From assembly GCF_018977255.1 (NCBI RefSeq), contig NW_024704743.1:45324001-45388000 (forward strand): a stretch of 64,000 nucleotides of DNA, read 5' to 3'. This document shows positions 50,083 through 63,408 of this stretch, piece after piece. A program made the translations under genes and the position numbers. Positions within the stretch are counted from its first letter, which is position 1, and each line of letters opens with the position of its first letter. The stretch is from Callorhinchus milii. Its lineage: Eukaryota. The notes beneath the pieces were generated by a model, which was not told the DNA's origin, made no database searches, and saw only the letters and a list, made by a program, of their open reading frames with translations.

Positions 50083-50440
50083 GATTTCAAGATCCTCACT
50101 CTCGTGTTCAGATCCCTTCACTCCCCGGCACCTCCCTACCTCTCCCACCTCCTCACTCCCCAATCCACCACCCGGCACCTCCGCTCGTCCCTCGCACCCT
50201 CCGCCCCACCATCGGAGGTCGTGCTTTCAGCCACTATGCCCCAAAACTCTGGAACACTCTCAAACCCTCTGCCTTGCCCTCTCCCCTTTTTCAAGTCCCG
50301 CTTGAAAACCTTCCTCTTCGACCGAGCTTATGGCCACCGCCCACACACCCCCATCTCGGAGTCCGGCTCCGCCACTGTTAAGCTCTCTGAGACACTACCC
50401 TGCGTGGAGGGCGCTATATAAGTGCAAGTTGAGGTTGTTG
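50083..50440 (+). mobile_element. L2 family B 3' end
   Basis: TIGGRAFSHYAPKLWNTL, FKSRLKTFLFDRAY; very similar to 16420-16810. Confidence 0.92.
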
Positions 50441-50519
50441 ATTGCAGATAATGTCTAGAGCTGTGGTCAGTGTGATCCAGTGTAAGGAGAGTGCAGACTG
50501 TAACATGGGTGTTTACAAT

Positions 50520-50809
50520 ATAATAATAATCCTTGCAATTGATTTTGTGCCTTATCAGGGCTTCGAGACGTCTCAAAGCGCTTCACAGAATATACTGTCA
50601 AGTGAATTGACTGTATATTTTGTGGGTAAAACCCAGGAGCCCATTGCGCACAGCAGTGTCCCACAAACAGTCGTGGATTGAAGTGACCAATTTATTTTTT
50701 TTCAAAAGAATTTTTACCTCTGGAAAAGCAATCCACCAATCAACTAACAACCAGGTTCCTACTTACGACTGGGTAAACAGAGGCGTGTGGAGTAAGGAAA
50801 TTTACCCAA
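50520..50809 (-). mobile_element. tRNA-derived SINE, long form, head missing
   Basis: Tail, body and central insert. Confidence 0.88.
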
Positions 50810-50892
50810 CATTTCGGGCATTGTTGGATAGAATAACATTATCCTGGGCAAAGGATGGTGCTTCTCTCTCTCCCCTCATCTACTGAGGCCTG

Positions 50893-51112
50893 AAATTTCA
50901 CCTAGTTTTAGCCTGTGATACCATTTTATCTTAAAATTTAGAATTACACAAGCCTGTGGGACATTCTTTAATTCACTCTTTATTTGGAAGTGGAATCTTT
51001 CCAAGGACTTTAGAAAACCCACTTTCAAATTAAGACAGAGAGTGTAAAAGGAGCAATCCCATAATTCTGTGAAATCCAGATTTTAAGACAATATAACATT
51101 CTTACAAAGACT
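50893..51112. mobile_element. Palindromic MITE-like copy
   Basis: aaatttcacctagttttagcctgtgataccattttatcttaaaa...tttggaagtgg...ccactttcaaattaagac...ttttaagacaa. Confidence 0.7.
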
Positions 51113-51689
51113 CAGGCCCCAGGGTCAACTATAATCTGAACATAACATTTGTATAATTGGTTTTAATGAAATTGTAATATTGTTTTGGGGAGCCTGCATG
51201 TTTTCAAACATGCTTAATGAAAGCCCCTGGAGCTAAGTGAGAGGTTAATCGATTTTTCTAGTTATTAATGTGTCCAAATTAAAATGATTAGCCTTTGCTT
51301 TACAACAGTATTGCCACCAATTTTAACAATTCACCATGCTAACTGTGGGAGACTAAAATCGTCTAGTGTTACAGTAATAACGATACTAACATTTAAAAGG
51401 AGTTATTGTGTTATAAATAAAATGTACACTTTGAAATTAAGGTGGCTGCTTTTTTGCCAGTCCAAAAGTGTTTGAGTAGAATATTGCAGGGAACGGAGAA
51501 AAGATCATGTATAGCTTTAGGTCTGGGCCCTTCATTGCTGATAATTAAAACTGCTTGAACACATTAATAACCTGAACTATTAATGCTTCCATGTCTTAAT
51601 TCATAGAGTTTGTGGGAAAATATACTTTTATTTAAAAGACAGATTTGGGTGTCCATCTTTTATTTTACTATATTTCTGGGCTCTCAGAT

Positions 51690-51863
51690 TATAATAATAC
51701 TTGCATTTGACATAGCGCCTTATCATGTCTTCGAGACGTCTCAAAACGCTTCACAATATACTGTAAAGTGGATTAACAGTATATTTAGTGAGCGAAACAA
51801 TGCAGTCAATTGCGCACAGCAGTTTGCACAAACAGTTGTGGATTGAATGACCATATTATTATT
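51690..51863 (-). mobile_element. SINE 3' half
   Basis: cttgcatttgacatagcgccttatcatgtcttcgagacgtctcaaa... Confidence 0.85.
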
Positions 51864-52953
51864 AAAATATGAAAGGATTAAAATATGAATATTACATAAT
51901 ATTGCATACAAAATGTGCTCTTCAATACAGTTCAGAGAGCTTCATTGTGTGTGTTGTATGGGCTGATAACTGTAGTGTGTGCTTCATGGGCTGATCACTG
52001 TAGTGCAGTGTATGGCTGATAACTGGCTACATGGCTAGACTGGATCTGTTGTGAAGAAGGCCACTGTTGTTGAGAGACTAGGATGGCGTGACTAATTGAG
52101 GGGTGGAAAACTGGAGTGACTCTGAGGTTTTGGAATGGAAAGGCTAATGGTGCACCCAGGCAAACCCACACCCCTTGGACTCACCTCCAGTGAAGCCGAA
52201 ATCCTTATCAACATCTTTGTCACCTCCAGTTTTGACTTTTCCAATATCTTGTTCCCCAGCTTCACCATAACAAACAAATACTGCAATGAACTCTGTAGTC
52301 CATATCTTCTCCTGCACTAGGCCCCACAAGTCCACCACACCTCCCCATCGTCAACTAGTTCCACTAGCTCCCCATTCCCCAATAGATCAAGTTGCTATCA
52401 CCTTCAAGTGTCTCTGTGAGCTTGTACCACCATATATCTGCAGTTTCCTGTGATCCTACTCTTCTAGCCACTCTGATTGATGGAACGACCACATTTTGTA
52501 TGTAATATTATCGTTTCTGCATGAAGTACTGCAAGTAACGTTTTGACAGATATCCATTCATTACTTTATGACATTTGCATCGATAGCTATTTCTTCTGAT
52601 ATTTCAGGAGAGTGGCTTCACGTGGCACCTCACAGTTATCAAACTATGATCTAGGTCCTCACAGGTCATCAGATTGTGATCTAGGACCCATACACTCTGT
52701 TAATCTCTGATTTTGCAGCGCTCTCACAGTTCAGCACTGGAGTGTCAGTCTAGACTACATCACAAAACGTATCTTGTCAGACTGTGACCCAGGACCTCAG
52801 AGGTTACCAGACTGCGATCTAGGACTTTGCTGGTTTGATGAAATAAAATTGTTTTAAAAAAAACTAATAAATTGGTCACTTCAAACCACGTCTGTTTGTT
52901 ATATTATATCTAAAATGATGAATTGCAGAATTGACAAGGAGCAATATGCATTA

Positions 52954-54660
52954 TCCCTCCTTCCACACCTTTGAACCTGTCACCCCCTCCTCTGTCTTCA
53001 ACACGGTAACCTCCATGAAATCCACCACCTGCTCCCTCGACCCCATCCCTACCGCTCTCCTTAAATCCCAGCTCCACTTCTTTGCCCCACCACTCGTCGA
53101 CATCATTAACCTCTCCCTGTCATCTGGCACTGTTCCGTGCCCCCTCAAAACAGCCACTATCACCCCCACCTTGAAGAAACCTTCCCTTGACCTATCACAG
53201 CTATCCAGCTACTGGCCCATCTCAAATCTTCCCTTTCTATCCAAGGCCCTTGAGAGAGCCATTGCATTCCAGCTTCGCTCTTTCCTCTCCTCTCACTCCC
53301 TCCATGAACCCCTCCAATCGGGTTTCCATGCTGCCCACAGCACGGAAACTGCTCTGGTCAAGGTCACAAACGACATCCTGACCATGTGTGACCAGGGCTC
53401 CCTCTGCCTCCTCGTCCTCCTCGACCTTTCTGCCGCCTTTGACACCGTGGACAACTCAATCCTCCTCCACCGCCTCTCCTCCCACTTCAATCTTCAAGGT
53501 TCTGTCCTTGACTGGTTCAAGTCCTACCTTTCACACCGCTTCCACTTCGTCACGGCAAATGGTTTCTCCTCCAGCCTCCGCACTGTCTCGTGCAGCGTTT
53601 CTCAGGGCTCTGTCCTCGGTCCCCTCTTCTTCACCCTCTACATGCTCCCACTTGGTGACATCATCCGCAGACATGGGATAAATTTCCACATGTATGCGGA
53701 TGACACCCAACTCTACCTCTCTGCTTCCACCCTGAACTCCAGGACTACTGGTGACCTGACCGACTGCCTGTCCGACATCAAGTCCTGGACAAGGGCCAAC
53801 CTTCTCCAACTCAACGTCAGCAAGACCGAGGCCCTCCTGATTGGCTCGCGCCGGTACCTCTGCACCTCAGGCGCTGGCAGCATCAGCCACCACGGCTGCA
53901 CACTCAACCTCACTAAGCCAGTCAGGAACCTGGGTATCTTGTTTGACACTAAACTGTCTTTTCTCCCCCACAACCGCGTCATGACGGCACTGCCTACCAC
54001 CACCTCCGCAACATTGCCAGATTCCTCACCCCTCAGGCTGCTAAAACCCTCCCCACACATTCGTCACCTCAAGGCTCGATATGGAAACTCCCTCCTCATT
54101 GGCTTTCCCAACTCTTCCCTTCACAAGCTGCAGATCATCTAAAACTCTGCAGCTCGTGTACTCTCACACACCAGGCTCCGTGATCCCAGCACTCCCACCC
54201 TCGCCCGACTCCACTGGCTCTCCATCCCCCAGAGGATCGAGTTCAAGATCCTCGTCCTCACCTTTAAGGCCATCCATGGCCTTGCCCCCTTCTATCTCTC
54301 TGACCTGCTGACTCCCTACCAACCTGCCCGCTCCCTCCATTCAGCGGGCTCCGGCCTGCTCCATGTCTCCCGCTCGACTCACCCTACCATCGGTGGCCGG
54401 GCTTTCAGCCTCTCTGCCCCCACACTCTGGAACTCCATCCCACGGTCCCCTCGCCTCGCTTCCTCCCTTGCCTCCTTCAAGGCCGGTCTTAAGACCCTTC
54501 TCTTCGATTGTGCCTTTGGTCTCCCTCCCACCTCTCTGCCTTCCCTCACCCCTACACCACCCATCCCCCATGCTCAGGCCCCAACACTTGACTATTCAGC
54601 GCTTTGGGACCTCCTCCCGACGTGAAAGGTGCTTTATAAATCTAATTGTGTTGTTGTTGT
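52954..54660 (+). mobile_element. L2 family A, 1.7-kb 5'-truncated copy with an open RT domain
   Basis: TTCSLDPIPT, PISNLPFLSKALE, QSGFHAAHSTETAL, LLDLSAAFDTVD, SQGSVLGP, YADD (53693-53704); later frameshift and stop at 54140-54142; family A stem-loop and (GTT)n tail. Confidence 0.96.
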
Positions 54661-57600
54661 AAAGGTAATAAAGCAAAGGCATTTGAGTTATTTATTGACT
54701 AAGTCTCCAACCTGTGGAAGGCTACTATCAGCAAGTGTCAGGATTAATCTTGATAGATCATGTGACATGGGAACGGAAATCTTATTGTTGCATTAAAGGA
54801 GTGTTAATCTTGGCCTTTTCTTGAGCGCTTGTTATAATGAATGCACAAAAATGAAAAATGTTCTAGTTACATTTTGGTACTAGTTACTTATAATCTGATT
54901 AGTTCTGAATCTTATGTGCAATTTTAGAGATCCTATCTTCAAAAGGCCATTGATTCATTGAAAAATGTTTAGAGATGAGCAATAAGGATGGTTGTATTAC
55001 ACAGAGTTCTGAATTATAAAGTAAAATTCGTTGAATTCATTTAATTACAGAAGATTTGAAAGTGAAGCATAATCCTAGTCTTTAACATGCTAAGAATCAT
55101 GGTAGATGTAAACAATATACAATGAAGGATTAGTAGTTCTTGTAGCATGTGTAGTCAATCAATGGCACCGTAGCCCAAACAGTACAAGATGGTTTGAAAA
55201 ACTTACACACAGGCCATTTGGTCAGTTTATCTTTGGATCACAATAACAATTTTTAAATGCTCAATTTCTGGAAATTTAATTAGGGAAAAATTAGGGAACA
55301 AAGACCACAAACAAACAAAAATATTGTACATACTATACACAAATTTAGCAAGTTGATGGACTGTGCATACAAATATATCAGATAAAGTAATGGTTTATTT
55401 AGTTTCCTCAGGTAATAAAAAGGCATTAAACATGAAAGATTATTGCAAAAATAATAGCACATCATTGGATAATTTACATTTACATTTATCTAGCACCTTT
55501 CATGTAAGGAGGCCATACCAAAGTGCTGAACAGTCTAGGGTTTGCACCTGAGCGAATTACCAGGCAGAGCTCTCAATGGCAAGCTTTGTGTTTTTAGCAA
55601 GTTAGACTCCAGCAGTTACCACAATCCAGACTCTGGGGTCCCAAGCCATGGCTTTTACCTCCCAATACTTTCTGGAATTAGGTAAGCAGGATGTGCCCCT
55701 CCAAAACAGAGTGTACATTCCTTACCAACAACCTATCTCTGGAATTTCCATGTGTAGGTGGGATGCATGCGGTTTGGATGCTTTTAAGCATGGAGATGGG
55801 TTTCCGCATGTGTGTGACACGCGGCTGACCAACAAATAAACAAAATTGTGCTATAGCGAAATGCGATATAGTGAGGTTGCAGTGTGGTACTTTTGAAGCA
55901 CCAGTTTCCCATTCAACACCTGAAACTTCAGGAGAACTTGTAAAAGTTTAAAAGTACACCAGACCCTGGGTTTATTACTCTATGTTCCTTCCTCACCTTA
56001 TGTGCAGAATGCAGACATATTATCTCTGCAGTCTGTTCAGAAGTTGTCTTCTTCGCACCTTTGTGAGACCAGGGACCATAAAAGAGAGGTACATTCCTTC
56101 ATCTTTTTATCCCAAATGGAAACTGATGGCAGGAAGCAGTAGCTTTATAGTACCTTCTACAAATGGCCATACGTTGCAGAAGCATTAGCGGATGATGTGT
56201 TCATGTGATAGCATCACAACGAGCCTAATTCTGTCCACATTCATTATCTGCTCTCATGCTCTCCAGCAGGTGGTCGCTACACACTGATCAACAGTAGGAA
56301 GCCTCTCTCATTTATCTGCTTTTTAGTAAAATGATATTAAATAAATCAATCAACATGGCCCACTTCTGCACGGTTGAGATCAGAGATCAGCAGAGACCAA
56401 ATGTGATACCTCCTCCGTGGCATGTTTGCTCAATGAGTCATGGGTCGAGGTGCAAATTAGCATAGATCTGATCCAGGAAATTGTAAAATACGAATTGAAT
56501 TGCCTCTGAAACAGCTGCTGAAGTCATATCAAACTACGGAAATGAATTAGGGTAAGTGCTGTAAAGGTGGCCAAACCGTTAAAGTAAAATTAGTTTGCAA
56601 ATGCAACAGGGGTGATTCTGCCAAGGTTTGTAATTTTACTGACCTCAGCGATGAGAATGTTTTAAGGGATTTTTCCATTATACACTCACGTTTACAGGTC
56701 TATAAATTTACCAACCTTCAGATAATCGTTCCCTAAGGTCTAATATCAATTCTTAAAGCAGCTTATTAGTTTCATGAATTAATCCACAAAAATAAGATTA
56801 CAAATTGTTATTCCAACTGTTAATTTAATGGTTATCCATAGGAGAGCAACATGCCAGTTAATATTGAAGATTTTTTTCTGGAACAGGTTCCTGATATAAG
56901 GTATTAGATTAGCACCATGAAATCTGCTTGCAGTGAATTTGGATATAATGAAGATCCATTAACCATACTGGAAGTAAGCTACTTGAGTAAGTTTTATTTT
57001 AACAGAGACAGATTAATCACTCTGAGATTTAGGCATGATTGATCTGTATTAGAAACATAGGAATAGGAGGAGGTCATTTAGCCTATTAATCTATCCTGTC
57101 ATCACCTTAGTAACAAAAATAATAACAACAATAATGCTTGCATTTGATATAGCGCCTTATTACATAGTTGAGATGTCTCAAAACACTTCACAGAATATAC
57201 TGTAAAGTGAATTGATTGTATATTTTGTGATAATATATATATTTATATTATTACAAATATATATATATACAGTATTTGTAATAATATAAAATGTGTTTGT
57301 TACATTTTGCCCCAACTCCATACAGGTAGCAGTGTGAATTTTGGCATGAAAATCCTTGCAAAGTTGAATTATCTCCGGATTCAGTTGCTCTTCGTCCAAT
57401 GAGGCCACACAGACATCTCAAGGTAAAAGTGGCGCTGGGTTGGCTCCAGTACAAGAGCAGACCCAACCTGATCAATGCATGCATTGAAATACTAAATAAT
57501 AATCCTTACATTTGATATCCTGCCTTATTGCACCAGAACACCTCATAGTGCTTTACAAGTGTTTTCTGGAAAATACAGTGACTGTATTTGTATGCAATTT

Positions 57601-59354
57601 TGTGGTTGACCATATCATTGTCCTACAAACAGCCATGAAGTGAATGATCATACCAGGACACCGGCAGAATCTCCCTTCTCTTTTTGAATAGGGCCATGGG
57701 ATCTTTTACATCCTCCAGAAGAGGCAGATGGGACCTTGGTTTAAAAACAAACCCAAAGGACCTAAAGTGTGCAGGCCTGAGTAAAGCAAGCTGCATTGGA
57801 TCCTCAGAGCACCAGCTGTGCAACCCCAGGCACATGTGGGCGACATGACGCATGTGCTTGCTCAGAGATGTTCAAGGTTTCAGGAGAAATCAAAGTGGCA
57901 CTAACTACTACAAGTACTCTGGTGTGAAAGAGTTGGAGTTGCTTACTATGCCTACAAGGGCATTAAGTTCTATTTTTAACCTCCAGACTCACACAGTTTA
58001 CTCTCCACCTCATCTGCTGACTCTTTCTTCTCTCCAGCCACATCCCTTCCAGATGGCTTCTTTACCCAACAATACTTAGCTAACTGGCCAAACAAAGATT
58101 TCCAGCTTCCAGATTCCTTACAGTACAGCCCAACCCCCTTAAGCATAGCACCAAACTATTTCAAATTCCATCCTCAGAGAACAATTGGACAATTTCCCGA
58201 AATTAACATAGCCACCAAAATCTTTTACTTAAGTGTATATTTTATGCCTGTTTATTAAAGAAATCTCTTGTATTTATGACAATAACGATTATATCACTGT
58301 GGGACATTACTGCGCGAAAATTGGCTGGGGCTCTTTACCTACAAATACACAGTCACTACACTTCACAGTAAAATCCTTTAAAATGCTTTGAGATGCCTCA
58401 ACAATGTGATAACGCACCAAATATTATTATTATATATAATGGTTCTCAAACTATCCCTGGATAATCAATAAGAATTTGCAGATCAGGTGGACTTTCTACT
58501 GTCTGTTTTACCCCTATGACAGATAGTTCAATTCAAATCAACCAACTTTCAAGCAACAAAAATCCTGATGCAGAGAAATATTTGAGTTGTAAGGTTACAG
58601 GGAATCTGCAGTATTGCCCTATATGGCATTCTCAAATAATCAGAAAAATGTCTACTTTATAAAACAAAGGACAGTAAAGAGGTATTGGGAATAAAAGTTT
58701 AAATCCAATCTTCTTGGCTCAGCAAATCCCATTATGGTTCCCTGTTTCATGTATTGTCCATTATTAACATCATTTAACTCTTTGCAAAGCAGCTCTTTGA
58801 AGATTTCCATTGACTCGTCACATGAATGGTTTCACGTTGACCTAGAAAAAGGGGTCACAGATGCTTTTCTATCACTGCTTTGCAGTCACTGCTATATTTG
58901 ATTGTTGACAGATTTGAAATATAGGGTGAGGGGTCAAAATGTGATGTTTCATATCATCTCATATGTGCAGACATGGAATCTTTTTCCCCATCTCCCTGCT
59001 GTGAGGAATGAACACCGTCAAAAAATGAACATGCTACCCAGAGTCTTATATTTATTCCAAATAGAGCCATGGAGGCCTGTGTGAAGTATAAACACTGGCA
59101 TGGACTAGTTAGTGTAAATGACCTGTTTCTGTGCTGTAACTTTCTATAGCTATTATATTTCAAATCCATCAATAATCAAATGGAGCAGTGATAGTTATCA
59201 CATTGAATGTAGCATTTTTCATCCCAGAGTAATTTAACACCGATAAGTTTAGGGGTGAAGCCTCTCGGTTACTAACACTGCTGGTTAGTAAATTTACCGA
59301 TCCTGCAGTATGATCTTATGGTGCAGTAAGACATAAAAAAAACAAGCTAACTGC

Positions 59355-59690
59355 CTACAGTCTTGAGAAAAGATGACTCAGAGAGGACCTGATAGAGACG
59401 TATAAAATCTTAAATGGGGTTGAAAAGAAAACCCAGATCAATACTTTAGGATGCACCAAGACAGCAGAACAAGAAGACATAGATTTGCAAAGGGCAATTT
59501 CAGAACAGACTGTTCTTCATATTTCTTTGCCCAGAAGGTAACTAATGACTGGAACAGGTTACAGGAATGGTATTTGAAGCCAGGACATTGGACAGGGATA
59601 TAAACAAAGAGCTTGATGCAAAGAAGGTAGAAGGTGTTCTGGAAGAATGCGATCAAATGAGCCGAATGGCTTACTTCATCCAAATCAGTC
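59355..59690 (+). mobile_element. CR1 ORF2 3' fragment
   Basis: SLEKR.LREDLIETYKILNG...FFAQKVTNDWNRL; related minus-strand piece at ~42750-42940. Confidence 0.8.
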
Positions 59691-61009
59691 TTGTCATCTG
59701 GTGATCTTATGAAGTGGAGCTGCAATGTTCAAAGCATTTTTTAATTGCACATATACATGCGAGATTACCAATTACCCAATGTACCAGAGTAGGATTTTAA
59801 ACTGGCAGTGCAAAGTGGAGAGCTCCAATTCAAGTAAGTACAGGATCAGAGTGAGCGAGACGCACAAATCCACAACAACAAAATTATATTAATAAAGCGG
59901 CTTTCACGTCTGGAGGACGTCCCAAGGACAACCATACATAAGCAGTTAAAGAGGCAGAGAGAGAGACGCACATATATACACACACAGGTATAATCAGACA
60001 GATACCCGATGTCTTCCACTGTCACTGTCGTCCACAATGGGACCAATCCCAAATAGTGTGTACCTGCTACTTCAATGGGTAAATTCCACAATAAGCTCAC
60101 TTTGGCAGGGTACTGTACTGACCGACAGAGCACAGGATGCGCTGGTTTACTATGATCAATATATTCATCGATGATCGGTTCTTTGATCGGCAAAAAAATG
60201 GACCGTATAATTTTAGAAAAGGTGATACTACCTTAATATACTACTGTATGTGATAATATGCTACTGTATCTGATAACGCTTAATTGAATCACTGCCCCGA
60301 CAGCCGGGAATAATTTCTACGCTAAAAAAACCACTGTGGCAGAAACCATTGTTCAGAAGTTAGAGGTGTTTAGACTCAAACCTGTCATTTAACACAAGTT
60401 TTAAGGATACATTATAGCTGCCTTTAGTGTCCATGTGTTACATCACATGCAGGATTTCCTCCAACTGAATCGACATCTGTAGTGTAGCTGACTTTTACAT
60501 TTATGCTTCCTTCACCATTTTCCTGCAAGTACAAACAGGGCAGGGCAAGTGGCTTAGAAAGAGTTATTGCACAAATCCAAACCAGGTTTGAAATTGAAAG
60601 CACACTTCACCTCTTCCTTGAGTTGTTCCCAGAATATAATGAAAGATTAATCCCTGTGATAGTAAATGGAATCTTTATGTTATGGTCCTGTCTATCATCT
60701 GTGGATAATTATTTCTCATAATAATACCTTTAAACTCTTCCATTTAAATTTGTGAATCACGTTCACCATAATGTTATGTATATCCTTGCCATTTTTTGGT
60801 ATACTAATCAGAAATTAACCTAACTAAAGATTAGGTGCATCTATTTATTACATTTACCAAGGATGAATAAGCTTCTTAATGCTGCAAATCCAACATGCAC
60901 AGTTAATTGAACCGCTCTTGCACTCAGCTCTTCCAAGGTGATATTTAGAGCATTTGTGTGGAATGTATTCCAAAGAATAAGCTCATTGTGTCTATGCTGA
61001 CACTATTGC

Positions 61010-61310
61010 AAAACTGGAGAGTGCTGCATTGTCAGAAGTGCCACCCTCCAGAGATGTTAAACTAGTCTTCTCTGCCAGCTCTTCATGTGCATGTTAAAGA
61101 TTCCACAACACTATTCATAAAGAGAAGGGACAGTGTTCTGCATACCAATCCTTCGGCTGAATTGGTCATTCATTCACTGCTCTTTGTCAGACCTCTTTGG
61201 CTGCCATGTTTGCTTACAAAAACAGTCATTACCCTTGACAGTAATTTCCTTTGAAATGCATTGAGACATTTTGATTTGATAAGGCATTATAAACAAAAAG
61301 CAAGTATTTA
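61010..61310 (+). mobile_element. Old Deu-domain SINE
   Basis: actggagagtgctgcattgtcagaagtgcc...gagatgttaaac...atgttaaagattccacaacactattc. Confidence 0.75.
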
Positions 61311-61372
61311 TACAAGTTCTTTGTCGGGGAATGATGGTAGCAGGTTCAGAGCCACAGATGGGACCTCGGTTT

Positions 61373-61735
61373 TAATAATAATAATCCTTGCATTTGATAT
61401 AGAGTCTTAACATCGTTGAGACATCTCAAAGTGCTTCGCAGAATAGATTGTAAGTGGAATGACTGTGTATTTTGTGGGCAAAACACGGCAGTTGGTTGTG
61501 GACAACAGCATCCCACAACCAGTCATGGATTGAGTGACCCAATTTATCATTTATTTTTGGAGAGATTATTTTTGCCGGAGAGTGATAAGCCAGTCGACTA
61601 ATAATTAAAATCCTATTTACTACTAAGTAAATAGAGGTGTGTGAAATAAGGAAACTCACCTAAGGTTTCACCCCGCCCAGGAATCAAACCCGGGTCCTCT
61701 CGCTTGTGAAGCAAACGTACTAACCACTATGCTAC
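61373..61735 (-). mobile_element. tRNA-derived SINE, long form
   Basis: Tail, body, central insert and head to taaccactatgctac. Confidence 0.9.
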
Positions 61736-62339
61736 TGTGTAAGAAGCAAAGGGGGAACTTGCTCTTACAGACTGCATGCGCAACTCATGTCGCTCATAGG
61801 TCTCTGTTAATTGAATGCGAAGCCTCAGGGGCAGGAGAAGAGAGCAGAGATGATGCGGGAGATTTAGTTGCGGTTCAAGGAGAACTTGTGCAGATGTAAA
61901 CTTGTTTATGTCTCATCTAAAGGATACTCATATTCATGATTATTATAGAGAAACATTTTTTTTTAAAAAGGGCTTTGCAATTTTATTGATATTAGAGTAT
62001 CCGGCGAATTGATTAGAGCAAAGATTTCTACAGCACTACTGTAAAGCTGCACAAAGCATGCTTCTCTTATTTGCCAATCCAAGAAATGTTTGAATTTGCA
62101 GATCAAAATGAATCAGTTTTATTATTAAGACAACCGTCTTATGTCTAAGACTATAAGCAATTTTGAGTATCTGATATGCGTCACCCTGACCCACAAAAAC
62201 AATTTGAAATAATTGGATGGCTGTTCCTACAGATCAGCATGATGTACATTCATATATTACACAGAATTTTCTAATCAGATTCTCAGAAAAGGGATTGTTA
62301 ACTAGTTTACAGTGGGAATGTCATAATTAGTCATAATTA

Positions 62340-62478
62340 GACTGTTTGTGGGACATTGCTGTGCGCAATTGGCTGCCGCGTTCGCCTACAAATATACAGT
62401 CAATTCACTTTACAGTGTTTTCTGTGAAGCGCTTTGGGACGTCCTCCCGACGTGAAAAGCGCTATATCAAATGCAAGG

Positions 62479-62508
<30 letters not shown>
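62340..62508 (+). mobile_element. Young SINE 3' half with L2 family A stem-loop
   Basis: gcgctttgggacgtcctcccgacgtgaaaagcgc followed by (ATT)n. Confidence 0.92.
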
Positions 62509-62509
<1 letters not shown>

Positions 62510-63408
62510 CTTTGCAAATTCTGTGCTGACTTCAATGCCTTTGTTTTCCAACATGCCAGTACCATCTGTAACAATAGAAGCAAGATATTTTCTTTTAAAT
62601 CCTGACCAGACTGAGAGCAAAGTGACATTGAGACTGCATCAAGGTAGCAGCCGCTGTGGCATTTCGGTCCTGTCCGGTTGATAAAGCTTTCCTTAAATAA
62701 GGAACTTTGTTAAGTAAAGAATGAAATACGTTGAAAAAGACCATGTCTCCCAACCTATGATTCTACTTTGCTCTTGTGAAGCTCTCTGCAATTTGTTCTT
62801 TACCACTAGTCCTTGCTGTCTTTCACCTAGTGGTGTGGCTATTGGCCTCTTTTATGAGCAAATAGTGTGTGTCGCGGCATGAAACATTTCAGCAGTGACA
62901 TCTCTGTTCAACTGCACAGCCTCTGTGTTTGTGATGCGTGTGTACAGATTTGACAGCTGTTTTCTTTTATTATAGCACTGAGCTTCCCAGCTGACTCGCT
63001 TTGCTGGCCATGCAAGCTTTATGTGGAATTGTTGTGCTTTTCCAGCTTTCCACATATTTTCTCTTCAAGTCATGTATTCCTGTGAACAGAGGGCTGTTAA
63101 CTTCATGGGTTGTTATTATTATTATTAGGGTTCCTCACTTGATTTTCCAGCCTCAGCGCAGATTTTACTGTATGTACAATACAATACACATTTATATAGC
63201 AACTTACATGCCATATCCCAAAATGCATTCAACATGCCCTTTCAAACAACAGGCATGTACATGTATGTGCCTCATAAGAGTGAGTGAGGTAGCAAGCCTG
63301 AGGGACTCCAGCATGGAGTTACAGGGATTAGGGGCAAAATGGATGGAAGTCCATGTACCATTAAAAATCATTCTTTATCATTTTCTTGTAACTGATTTGA
63401 ATGATATT

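Noticed and set aside
52931..54142. Functional or domesticated reverse transcriptase gene
   Set aside because: 5'-truncated L2 with no endonuclease domain, no ATG start, a 3' frameshift and a premature stop; an ordinary dead copy.
55845..55885. Tigger/pogo-like terminal inverted repeat end
   Set aside because: Only one decayed end is visible and no partner TIR was found.
60503..60721. Protein-like ORF (GLERVIAQIQTRFEIESTLHLFLELFPEY)
   Set aside because: No recognisable homology and no convincing splice sites; cannot be supported without a search.
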